From Gemmatimonadota bacterium (GTDB lineage Bacteria; Gemmatimonadota; Gemmatimonadetes; Gemmatimonadales; GWC2-71-9): DNA of 22,038 nt. Position 1 is the stretch's first letter. Every line of letters starts with the position of its first letter. Positions 7,816 to 15,129 of this stretch are shown one piece after another. The position numbers were made by a program, and so were the translations under genes. The DNA lies in assembly GCA_003221005.1 (NCBI GenBank), contig QHTZ01000101.1, forward strand, positions 1 to 22,038, read 5' to 3'. The notes under the pieces were generated by a model that worked only from the letters and a program-made list of their open reading frames with translations, was not told the origin of the DNA and ran no database searches.

Positions 7816-8256
7816 ATGCGCCCCATCACCCGCACGATCGTCCGGTCGATCCATGCCCCGGTCGGCGACGTCTTTGCGCTACTGACCGACCCGAACCGCA
7901 TCCCGCACTGGTTACCGGGGTGCAACGACGCCCGGAGTGATGGCCCGCTCCAGCGCGGCGCTTCCCTGCGGGTCCGTTTCGGTCTCCGAGTCACCACATT
8001 CGAGGTCGTCGACTTCACCGAATCCGCAACGTTTGGCTGGCTGGAGCGGGGCCAGCGACAAGGATGGAAGACCCTTTTCCAGCTGGACCCCGTCGGCGAG
8101 GCCACCGCGGTCACCATCCGCGACACGTGGACCCCGCGCTCGTTCGCCGCCTGGTTGCGTGGCCGTTTCTTCGACAAGCGGCGCGTGGACCATCCGCTCG
8201 ACGAGATCGTGGAGAACCTGCTGCGCGCCCTGTTTCGCGACAGGCCGATGTTCTGA
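7816..8256 (+). CDS. SRPBCC (START/polyketide cyclase-like) family protein
   Basis: N-terminal IVRSIHAPVGDVFALLTDPNRIPHWLPG signature and a C-terminal helix; 146 aa. Confidence 0.85.
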   Translation: MRPITRTIVRSIHAPVGDVFALLTDPNRIPHWLPGCNDARSDGPLQRGASLRVRFGLRVTTFEVVDFTESATFGWLERGQRQGWKTLFQLDPVGEATAVTIRDTWTPRSFAAWLRGRFFDKRRVDHPLDEIVENLLRALFRDRPMF

Positions 8257-8259
8257 GAG

Positions 8260-9807
8260 TTACGACCGTGCGTCCAGCGCCTCGCGTACTTTGCGCGCCA
8301 GTGCCGCCGGGGTGAACGGCTTCTGAATCAGCGCCGTGCCGGGATCGAGCACCCCGTGCCGGGCGATCGCCTCGTCGGAGTAGCCGGTCATGTACAGCAC
8401 CGGCACTCCCGGCCGGAGGTCGAGCAGATGGCGCACGAGGTCGCGGCCGCTCATCTCAGGCATCACGACGTCGGTGAGGAGCAAGTGGATCGGACCGTCG
8501 TGGCGCCGCGCCGTCTCGAGCGCCTCCGCTCCGCCGGCAGCGACGAGCACCGTGTATCCCGCTTGTTCCAGGACCCGGCGGGCGAGCAGCCGGACGAGCG
8601 GCTCGTCCTCAGCGAGGAGGACGGTCTCGCGGCCCACGGCAGGCGCGGTCACGGTGCCCGGGGTCGCCGCCGGCGTCACCGCCTCGTCCACACGGGGCAG
8701 GTACACCCGGAAGGTCGCCCCCGCCCCGGGCGCGCTCTCCACGCTGATGTGGCCGTCGCTCTGCCGCACGATGCCGTACACCGTCGCGAGACCGAGCCCC
8801 GTGCCCTTGCCCTGGGCCTTGGTCGTGAAGAACGGCTCGAAGATGCGCGCCTGAGTCTCCGTGCTCATCCCCGACCCCGTGTCGCTCACCTCGAGCACGG
8901 CGTAGCGGCCCGGCGGGACGTGGTTGGGCGCCGATACGTCCCCCTCCGACACCTCCGCATTGAATGATTTGATGGCGAGTCGGCCGCCGTCGGGCATAGC
9001 GTCGCGCGCGTTGACCGCGAGGTTGACGAGCACCTGCTCGATCTGTCCGGGATCGGCGCGCACGGCGGCGAGTTCGGGGGCCAGGTCAGAGACGAGCTTG
9101 ATGTCCTCGCCGATCAGCCGGCGCAGCATCTTGCCGACGTTCTTCACGAGGTGGTTCAGGTCGAGCACGACCGGCTGCAGCACCTGGCGCGCGCTGAACG
9201 CGAGCAGCTGGCGGATGAGATCCTGCGCCCGCGTGGCCGCGCCGCGGATGATGTCGAGCTCCTCGCGCGTGGGCGCGCCGGGCGGCGAATCGAGCAGCAG
9301 CAGCTCGGCCGAGCCGAGGATCGCCGTGAGCACGTTGTTGAAGTCGTGCGCTACACCGCCGGCGAGCTTGCCGACCGCCTCGAGCTTTTGGGCCTCCTGG
9401 AGCTGCTGCTCCAGGCGCCGCCGGTCGCGCCGCAGCCGCGCGCCGTCGATCGCCCTGGTCACGGCGGGCGCGAGGCGCGTCAAGCGGTCCTTCATGACGT
9501 AGTCCGCGGCCCCGGCCTTCATCACGGCGACTGCCGTGTCCTCACCCACGCTCCCGGACACGACGATGAACGGGATGTCCTCGCTGTGCTGCTGGAGCAG
9601 CACCAGGGCGGCGGGGGCGTCGAAGGCCGGCATGGAGTAGTCGCTGAGCACGACGTCCCAGCTCTGGCGCTTGAGCGCCTGGCGCATCGCCTCCGGATTG
9701 TCGACCCGCTCGTGGACCGGCTCGAGCCCCGCGCCGCGCAGTGCCCGGAGCATGAGCTCGGCGTCGGACGCCGAGTCCTCCACGAGGAGCACGCGTACCG
9801 TGGTCAT
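8260..9807 (-). CDS. Cytoplasmic hybrid histidine kinase, REC-HisKA-HATPase-REC
   Basis: REC (VLLVEDS...VLSDYSMP), H-box LAGGVAHDFNN, N-box NLAVNARDAM, G1 DTGSGM, F-box FEPFFTTK, G2 GTGLGL, C-terminal REC (LLTDVVMP...KPF). Start ATG 9807 or GTG 9822. Confidence 0.95.
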   Translation of the reverse strand: MTTVRVLLVEDSASDAELMLRALRGAGLEPVHERVDNPEAMRQALKRQSWDVVLSDYSMPAFDAPAALVLLQQHSEDIPFIVVSGSVGEDTAVAVMKAGAADYVMKDRLTRLAPAVTRAIDGARLRRDRRRLEQQLQEAQKLEAVGKLAGGVAHDFNNVLTAILGSAELLLLDSPPGAPTREELDIIRGAATRAQDLIRQLLAFSARQVLQPVVLDLNHLVKNVGKMLRRLIGEDIKLVSDLAPELAAVRADPGQIEQVLVNLAVNARDAMPDGGRLAIKSFNAEVSEGDVSAPNHVPPGRYAVLEVSDTGSGMSTETQARIFEPFFTTKAQGKGTGLGLATVYGIVRQSDGHISVESAPGAGATFRVYLPRVDEAVTPAATPGTVTAPAVGRETVLLAEDEPLVRLLARRVLEQAGYTVLVAAGGAEALETARRHDGPIHLLLTDVVMPEMSGRDLVRHLLDLRPGVPVLYMTGYSDEAIARHGVLDPGTALIQKPFTPAALARKVREALDARS

Positions 9808-9878
9808 GGGATTCGCCGCCACGAAGTCTCGTGACCGGCCGGTTCCAAGGCAAGGCGTCCTGGGTTAGCTTCAGGACC

Positions 9879-10742
9879 ATGGCTCCCACCATCTGGATCG
9901 ACGGCAAGTACTGCGACGAGGCGAACGCCAAGATCTCGGTGTTCGACCACGGCTTGCTGTACGGCGACGGTGTGTTCGAGGGGATCCGGGTCTACAACCG
10001 GCGCATTTTCCGCCTCCACCAGCACCTCGACCGGCTGTACGCGTCGGCGAAGGCCGCGTGGATCGAGATCCCCCTCGCCCGGGACGCGATGGACCGTGTC
10101 CTGGGCGAAGTGGTGGCGAAGAGCGGGATCGCGGACGCGTATATCCGGCTCATCGTCACCCGCGGCATCGGCGACTTGGGACTCGATCCGCGGAAGTGCT
10201 CCAACCCTTCGGTCATCTGTATCGTGGACCACATCCAGCTGTGGCCCCCCGATCGCTACGAGAAGGGACTCACCGCAGTCTCCGCGGCGACGCCGGTCAA
10301 TCACCGAGAGAGCCTCTCGCCGCGCATCAAGTCCCTGAACTACCTCTCCCACATCCTGGCGAAGGTCGAAGGGATCGCCGCGGGCGTCGACGAAGTCGTC
10401 ATGCTGGATTCCGCCGGGCTGGTGGCCGAGGCGAGCGGCATGAACCTGTTCGTGGTGGCGAACGGGACCTTGAAGACGCCGCCCGCCTATGGCGGGATCC
10501 TGCGCGGTGTGACCCGCGACGCCGTGCTCGAACTGGCGCGCGAGGCGACCTACGGCGTCGAGGAAGTGCCGCTCAACCGCTACGACCTCTACACCGCGAA
10601 CGAGCTCTTCCTCACGGGCACCGCCGCCGAAGTGATCGGCGTGACGAAGCTTGATGCCCGCACCATCGGCGCGGGCGTGCCGGGACCGGTGACCAAGGAG
10701 CTCGCCCGGCGCTTCAAGGCCCTCGCGACCCGGGGTGACTGA
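9879..10742 (+). CDS. ilvE: Branched-chain amino acid aminotransferase (PLP fold type IV)
   Basis: ISVFDHGLLYGDGVFEGIR, IKSLNYL (PLP lysine), EASGMNLF, ILRGVTR, ELFLTGTAAEV; AGGA RBS before ATG 9879. Confidence 0.95.
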   Translation: MAPTIWIDGKYCDEANAKISVFDHGLLYGDGVFEGIRVYNRRIFRLHQHLDRLYASAKAAWIEIPLARDAMDRVLGEVVAKSGIADAYIRLIVTRGIGDLGLDPRKCSNPSVICIVDHIQLWPPDRYEKGLTAVSAATPVNHRESLSPRIKSLNYLSHILAKVEGIAAGVDEVVMLDSAGLVAEASGMNLFVVANGTLKTPPAYGGILRGVTRDAVLELAREATYGVEEVPLNRYDLYTANELFLTGTAAEVIGVTKLDARTIGAGVPGPVTKELARRFKALATRGD

Positions 10743-12111
10743 CACCACCCACGACATCATCATCATCGGAGGTGGCACCGCCGGCCTGGTGACGGCGGCG
10801 GGGGCGGCGGCGCTGGGCGCGAAGGCCGCCCTCATCGAACGCTCAGCGCTCGGGGGAGAGTGCCTGTGGACGGGATGCGTGCCGTCGAAGGCACTGATTG
10901 CGTTCTCCCGCCGCCCATCTCCCGCCTCCCGCTGGGATGACGCCGTCGCCTGGCTCCGCTCCGCTCAATCCCGCATCGCCCCGCACGACTCCCCGGAGCG
11001 GTTTCGCGCCATGGGGGTGGACGTGCGGCTGTCGCCCGCACGGCTTGCCGGACCGGGGCAGGTGGACGTGGACGGCGCGCGGCTGCGCGCCCGGCGCATC
11101 GTACTCGCCATGGGGTCGATCCCTGCGATCCCCGCGATCCCCGGGCTCGCGGCCGCTGGCTTCCTCACCCACGTCACTGCCTACGATCAGCCGCGGCTCC
11201 CACCGAGCATCGCGGTGCTGGGTGGTGGGCCCGTGGGGCTCGAGTTCGCTCAGGCGTACCACCGGCTCGGTGCCAAGGTCACGGTGCTGGAGCTCCTCCC
11301 CGAGGTGCTTCCAAGGGAAGATCCTGAAGCCGCACGCTGCGTCCGCGAGCAGCTGGTGACGGAAGGGATCTCCGTCCTCACGGGCTTCCGGGCTAGCGAG
11401 GTGCGGCAAGGCGATAGCGCGAAGACGGTGCTGGCGGAGGATGGCCGGCGCGTCGTGGCGCATGAGGTCTTCGTGGCCGCAGGGCGGCGCGCCGACGCAC
11501 GGGACGTTGAGCCCGAGAACGCCGGCGTCGAGCTGGATGCGGGCGCCGTGCGCGTCAATGCGCGGCTCGAGACGACGGCCCGAGGCATCTGGGCCGCCGG
11601 GGACGTGACGGGGGCCCCGCAGTTCACGCACGTCGCCGACTACATGGCGCGGGTGGTGGTACGAAACGCCCTCACACCCCTGAAGACGCGCGCGAGCTAC
11701 CGCCTGGTCCCGCGGGTCACCTACACCGATCCCGAGGTAGCGCAAGTCGGTCTGACGGCGGGCGAGGCGGGCGCCGCAGGAGAGCGATCCGAGGTCTTCC
11801 GCTCCGATCTAGGCGACCTTGACCGCGCGATCGTGGACGGCGCGACGGCGGGCTTCTGCAAGATCGTCGCGCGCCGCAACGGCACGATCCTCGGCGCCAC
11901 GATCGTCGGCCGCGGTGCGGGGGAGCTGATCATGGAACTCGCGCTCGCGATGCGGCACGGCATCAAGCTCGGACAGCTCGCGGGCGCGATTTTCCCCTAT
12001 CCCACGATGAGCGAGATCGTCAAGCGCACGGCGGACAGCTGGTACCGCGCGCGCTACGGCGACACATCGCGTGGCCGCGTCCTGCGCCGATTGATTCGCC
12101 TGTGGCTGTGA
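10735..12111 (+). CDS. Flavoprotein disulfide reductase, mercuric-reductase-like/dihydrolipoamide dehydrogenase family
   Basis: IIIGGGTAG (FAD), GGECLWTGCVPSKAL redox disulfide, VLGGGPVGLE (NAD(P)H), IWAAGDV and C-terminal YPTMSE. No C-terminal Cys-Cys, so not a true MerA. Confidence 0.9.
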   Translation: MTDTTHDIIIIGGGTAGLVTAAGAAALGAKAALIERSALGGECLWTGCVPSKALIAFSRRPSPASRWDDAVAWLRSAQSRIAPHDSPERFRAMGVDVRLSPARLAGPGQVDVDGARLRARRIVLAMGSIPAIPAIPGLAAAGFLTHVTAYDQPRLPPSIAVLGGGPVGLEFAQAYHRLGAKVTVLELLPEVLPREDPEAARCVREQLVTEGISVLTGFRASEVRQGDSAKTVLAEDGRRVVAHEVFVAAGRRADARDVEPENAGVELDAGAVRVNARLETTARGIWAAGDVTGAPQFTHVADYMARVVVRNALTPLKTRASYRLVPRVTYTDPEVAQVGLTAGEAGAAGERSEVFRSDLGDLDRAIVDGATAGFCKIVARRNGTILGATIVGRGAGELIMELALAMRHGIKLGQLAGAIFPYPTMSEIVKRTADSWYRARYGDTSRGRVLRRLIRLWL

Positions 12112-12812
12112 CCCGAGTGCAGGCGGCGCTCAAGCTCCTCGTGCTCGTCGCCCTGTTCGCGGGCGGCTGGCTCCTGGTGCCTGCCAGCGCCCGGGAACGC
12201 GTCACGCTGCAGGGAGCGACTGCACTGGTGGAGGGGCTGCGGCACGCCTGGTGGGCGGGCCCGGCCTTCGTCGGCACCTACACGCTCGCCGCCGCTCTCA
12301 ATTTCTCAGGACTCGTCTTGACCCTCCTGGGGGGAGCGGTGTTCGGATTCGGATGGGGGGCGCTCCTCAACACCCTCGGCGCCAACCTGGGCGCGACCGC
12401 CGCCTTTTGGCTGGCGCGCCGGCTAGGGCGGGACGGGCTGAAGGCATTCTTCGGCGACCGCCTCGCGGGGCTCGACCGCCTCACCGAGCAGGCTGGCTTT
12501 GCCTGGCTGCTGCGACTACGGCTGATCCCAGTGGTTCCATTCAATCTCCTGAACTTCACCTCCGGCCTGACGGCCTTGCCGTGGCGCACCTACGCGGCGG
12601 CAACAGCAGTCGGCATCCTGCCGGGCACGCTGATCTACACGTTCTTCGCGGACGCGATTCTCTCGGGATCGCGCGAAGCGACGCGCGGCGCCTTCGTACG
12701 GGTCCTGATTGCGGGAGGCTTGTTGGTGCTGCTGAGCTTCGTGCCGACGCTGGCCCGACGAGCGGGCTGGCTTGCCGTCCGACCGTCCGGCGATCCGACT
12801 GTCCGACCATGA
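12108..12812 (+). CDS. TVP38/TMEM64 (DedA/VTT superfamily) membrane protein
   Basis: GTGA overlap with the upstream stop; motifs LTLLGGAVFG, LGATAAFWLARRLGR, LRLIPVVPFNLLNF and GILPGTLIY. Confidence 0.92.
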   Translation: MTRVQAALKLLVLVALFAGGWLLVPASARERVTLQGATALVEGLRHAWWAGPAFVGTYTLAAALNFSGLVLTLLGGAVFGFGWGALLNTLGANLGATAAFWLARRLGRDGLKAFFGDRLAGLDRLTEQAGFAWLLRLRLIPVVPFNLLNFTSGLTALPWRTYAAATAVGILPGTLIYTFFADAILSGSREATRGAFVRVLIAGGLLVLLSFVPTLARRAGWLAVRPSGDPTVRP

Positions 12813-13483
12813 TCGCCGCCGTTATCCCAACGCTGAACGAGGTACAGACACTCCCCGGGCTGCTCGCCGACCTGCGCCGCGTCCCCGCGCCGCTCGACGT
12901 CGTGGTGGCGGATGGCGGTTCCACGGACGGGACGCTTGCGGCGGCGGCTGCGGCCGGGGTGCGCGGGATTGCAGCCGGCCGGGGACGTGCGGCGCAGATG
13001 AACGCCGGCGCCCGGGTGGCTCGCGGTGAGTGGCTGCTGTTTCTCCACGCCGACTGCCGTCTCCCGCTGCCGGCGCGTCGCGTGCTGCTCGCCGCCGTGG
13101 TGGACGCGCCGGAGCTCGAAGCGGCTGTTTTCCGGTTCGCGATCGACCTGCCGCCGCGGTGGAAGCGCTTCATCGAGCTCGGCCAGACGCTGCGCCAGGC
13201 GCTGTACGGGCTGCCCTACGGCGATCAGGGGCTGCTCGTCCGGCGCTCGCTGTTCGAGGGGGTCGGGGGATTCCCTGAGCTTCCTCTCCTCGAAGACGTG
13301 GCGTTGCTGCGCGCGCTACGGCGGCGCACCCGGGTGCGCACGCTTCCCGCAGCGCTCGTCACCTCGGGCCGCCGCTACCGGCGCGACGGTGTGGTTCGCA
13401 CCTGGCTCAAGCACACCGGAATCATCTTCCTGTACCTCGCCGGTGTCTCGCCGCGGCGACTGGCCCGGTGGCGCGATGCCTGA
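12809..13483 (+). CDS. GT2 glycosyltransferase, TIGR04283-like (rSAM/selenodomain-associated, arsenosugar biosynthesis type)
   Basis: ATGA overlap; VIPTLNE, VADGGSTDGT, GRAAQMNAGA, LLFLHAD, LPYGDQGL, LLEDV and TSGRRY. Confidence 0.88.
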   Translation: MIAAVIPTLNEVQTLPGLLADLRRVPAPLDVVVADGGSTDGTLAAAAAAGVRGIAAGRGRAAQMNAGARVARGEWLLFLHADCRLPLPARRVLLAAVVDAPELEAAVFRFAIDLPPRWKRFIELGQTLRQALYGLPYGDQGLLVRRSLFEGVGGFPELPLLEDVALLRALRRRTRVRTLPAALVTSGRRYRRDGVVRTWLKHTGIIFLYLAGVSPRRLARWRDA

Positions 13484-14132
13484 GCGATCGCTCGCCGTCT
13501 TCGCGCGGGCTCCGGTCGTCGGGCGGGTGAAGACGCGGCTGGCCCAGGAGATCGGCGCGCATGAGGCGGTCGCGCTGTACCAGCGGCTCGGACGCAGAGT
13601 CGTGGCGGCGAGTATTGGGCCGGGCTACCGGACGATCGTGTGGTTCACTCCCGCCACCGCCCGGACGGCGGTCCGCGCGTGGCTCGATGGCTTGGGTGTG
13701 TCCGATTTCCGGGTCCAGACCGGCGGGGGCCTCGGGACGCGGTTGGTGCACGCGTTCGGGCGTCTGTTCGGCGAGGGCAACGGCGCAGTCGTCGTCATCG
13801 GGACCGACTGTCCCGGCGTTGACCGGCGCCTAATCGCGGCGGCGTTCGCAGCGTTGCGCTCGTACGATGTCGTGCTGGGGCCCGCCCGCGACGGCGGCTA
13901 TTACCTCGTCGGACTGCGCGGGCCGCAGCCAGCGCTGTTCCGCGGCATTCCCTGGTCCACGCACGAGGTCACCCGCGCGACTCGGGCTCGGGCGGGCGCG
14001 CTGGGGCTCAGCTGCCGGTTGCTGGCGCCGCTGCGCGACGTGGACACCGCGCGGGACGCACGAGCGCTTGGGTTGCTCGGTCACACGTATCGTTCCCCCT
14101 CTCCGCACCGCGGAGCCGGGGCCGGGGGATGA
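13476..14132 (+). CDS. TIGR04282-like (DUF2064, CofC-like) transferase, arsenosugar biosynthesis type
   Basis: FARAPVVGRVKTRLA, QTGGGLGTRL, IGTDCP, VLGPARDGGYYLVGL, IPWST and LRDVDT; start overlaps the upstream gene. Confidence 0.88.
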   Translation: MPERSLAVFARAPVVGRVKTRLAQEIGAHEAVALYQRLGRRVVAASIGPGYRTIVWFTPATARTAVRAWLDGLGVSDFRVQTGGGLGTRLVHAFGRLFGEGNGAVVVIGTDCPGVDRRLIAAAFAALRSYDVVLGPARDGGYYLVGLRGPQPALFRGIPWSTHEVTRATRARAGALGLSCRLLAPLRDVDTARDARALGLLGHTYRSPSPHRGAGAGG

Positions 14133-14141
14133 GGCCAAATA

Positions 14142-14170
14142 TTGACCTGACTTAAGGTTACACCCATATT
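14142..14170 (+). promoter_or_regulatory. sigma70-type promoter with an overlapping dyad
   Basis: TTGACC-N17-CATATT in an AT-rich patch; dyad TGACCT-GACTTA-AGGTTA overlaps the -35 and spacer; GAGGTGA RBS before ATG 14200. Confidence 0.6.
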
Positions 14171-14199
14171 GGGGGCCCGTCGGCATCCCGAGGTGATCC

Positions 14200-14445
14200 A
14201 TGCCATGGAGAGTGATCGCCCACGGCGACCAAGTTTGGCACGTGGATGCCGTTGCCGAGCGCCCCGCCAACACGCAGGCATGGCAGCTGGTGCTGTCGTT
14301 CCGGGCAGCGGCAGAGCACCCCCCGGGGCGGGCGGTCTGGGCACTCTATCCGCTGGAGGCCGCGTCGAAGGCGTCGCTGTTCATCCAAGCCGAACTCATC
14401 CCCGATACCGTCCTGTCCCAGCTCCTGGCTGAGCGACTGGCGTGA
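14200..14445 (+). CDS. Hypothetical protein (81 aa)
   Basis: Strong RBS GAGGTGA, globular composition, GTGA overlap with the next gene. Confidence 0.75.
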   Translation: MPWRVIAHGDQVWHVDAVAERPANTQAWQLVLSFRAAAEHPPGRAVWALYPLEAASKASLFIQAELIPDTVLSQLLAERLA

Positions 14446-14690
14446 GCTCGATCGCGCTCCAGGATCTGCGGCGCATCGTCGCGGCCGTGGCGCGGCTGCG
14501 CGGCGAGACCGTGCGCGATGTGACGGTGCGCTCGGACGTGCGGCATGTGAAGGTGGAGCTCGAGAGCGGGCTGATCCTCGTGGTCTCCGCCGAGCGGGAC
14601 GAGCAGGGACGGCCGCGCCTCGAAGTAGACGTGGTGGCAGCGCCGCAGGCCGACGTGTCCCGCCCGCAAATCGAAGTGCGGTTCGACTGA
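14442..14690 (+). CDS. Hypothetical protein (82 aa)
   Basis: Translationally coupled; helix followed by amphipathic strands; GC3-rich codons. Confidence 0.75.
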   Translation: MSSIALQDLRRIVAAVARLRGETVRDVTVRSDVRHVKVELESGLILVVSAERDEQGRPRLEVDVVAAPQADVSRPQIEVRFD

Positions 14691-14700
14691 CGAGGCGCCC

Positions 14701-15129
14701 GTGACGGTGCCGACCGGGGGAGCCCCTCATGGCGAGCGGTTGCGCTTCCAGGACTTCATGTTCGAACGCCTTGCGAGCGGCCGCTGCCGCGCGCGGGTGG
14801 TCTTGTCGTGGGCGGACGGCCGGCAGTTCGTGGGGGAGTCCGAGGGCGTCATCTCGCAGGCCGGCGAGCTGCGCTGCTCGGCGAACGCCGTCGTCCGGGC
14901 GTTGGAGCGGGTGTCGCAGCCCAGGGTGGGGTTCGAGGTGCTGGGCGTGAAAGCCGTGCGCGCGTTCGATGCGACGGTGGTGATCGTGTCGCTGTCGGCC
15001 CGGACGGAGACGTCCGCGTCGCGGCTCGTGGGGTCGTATCTGACAGAGGCCGATCCGCCACGTGGAGCCGCGCTGGCTGTGCTGAACGCTACGAACCGCC
15101 TCCTCGGCAACTACTACTTCGCTCGATGA
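14701..15129 (+). CDS. Hypothetical protein resembling a stand-alone LeuA/CimA allosteric domain
   Basis: GAGG RBS; duplicated strand-strand-helix pattern ending DPPRGAALAVLNATNRLL; ATGA overlap with the next gene. Confidence 0.65.
   Translation: MTVPTGGAPHGERLRFQDFMFERLASGRCRARVVLSWADGRQFVGESEGVISQAGELRCSANAVVRALERVSQPRVGFEVLGVKAVRAFDATVVIVSLSARTETSASRLVGSYLTEADPPRGAALAVLNATNRLLGNYYFAR

Noticed and set aside
10735-12111. True mercuric reductase (merA) or lipoamide dehydrogenase (lpdA)
   Set aside because: No C-terminal Cys-Cys, no NmerA domain and no mer genes; it has YPT instead of the catalytic HPT of LpdA.
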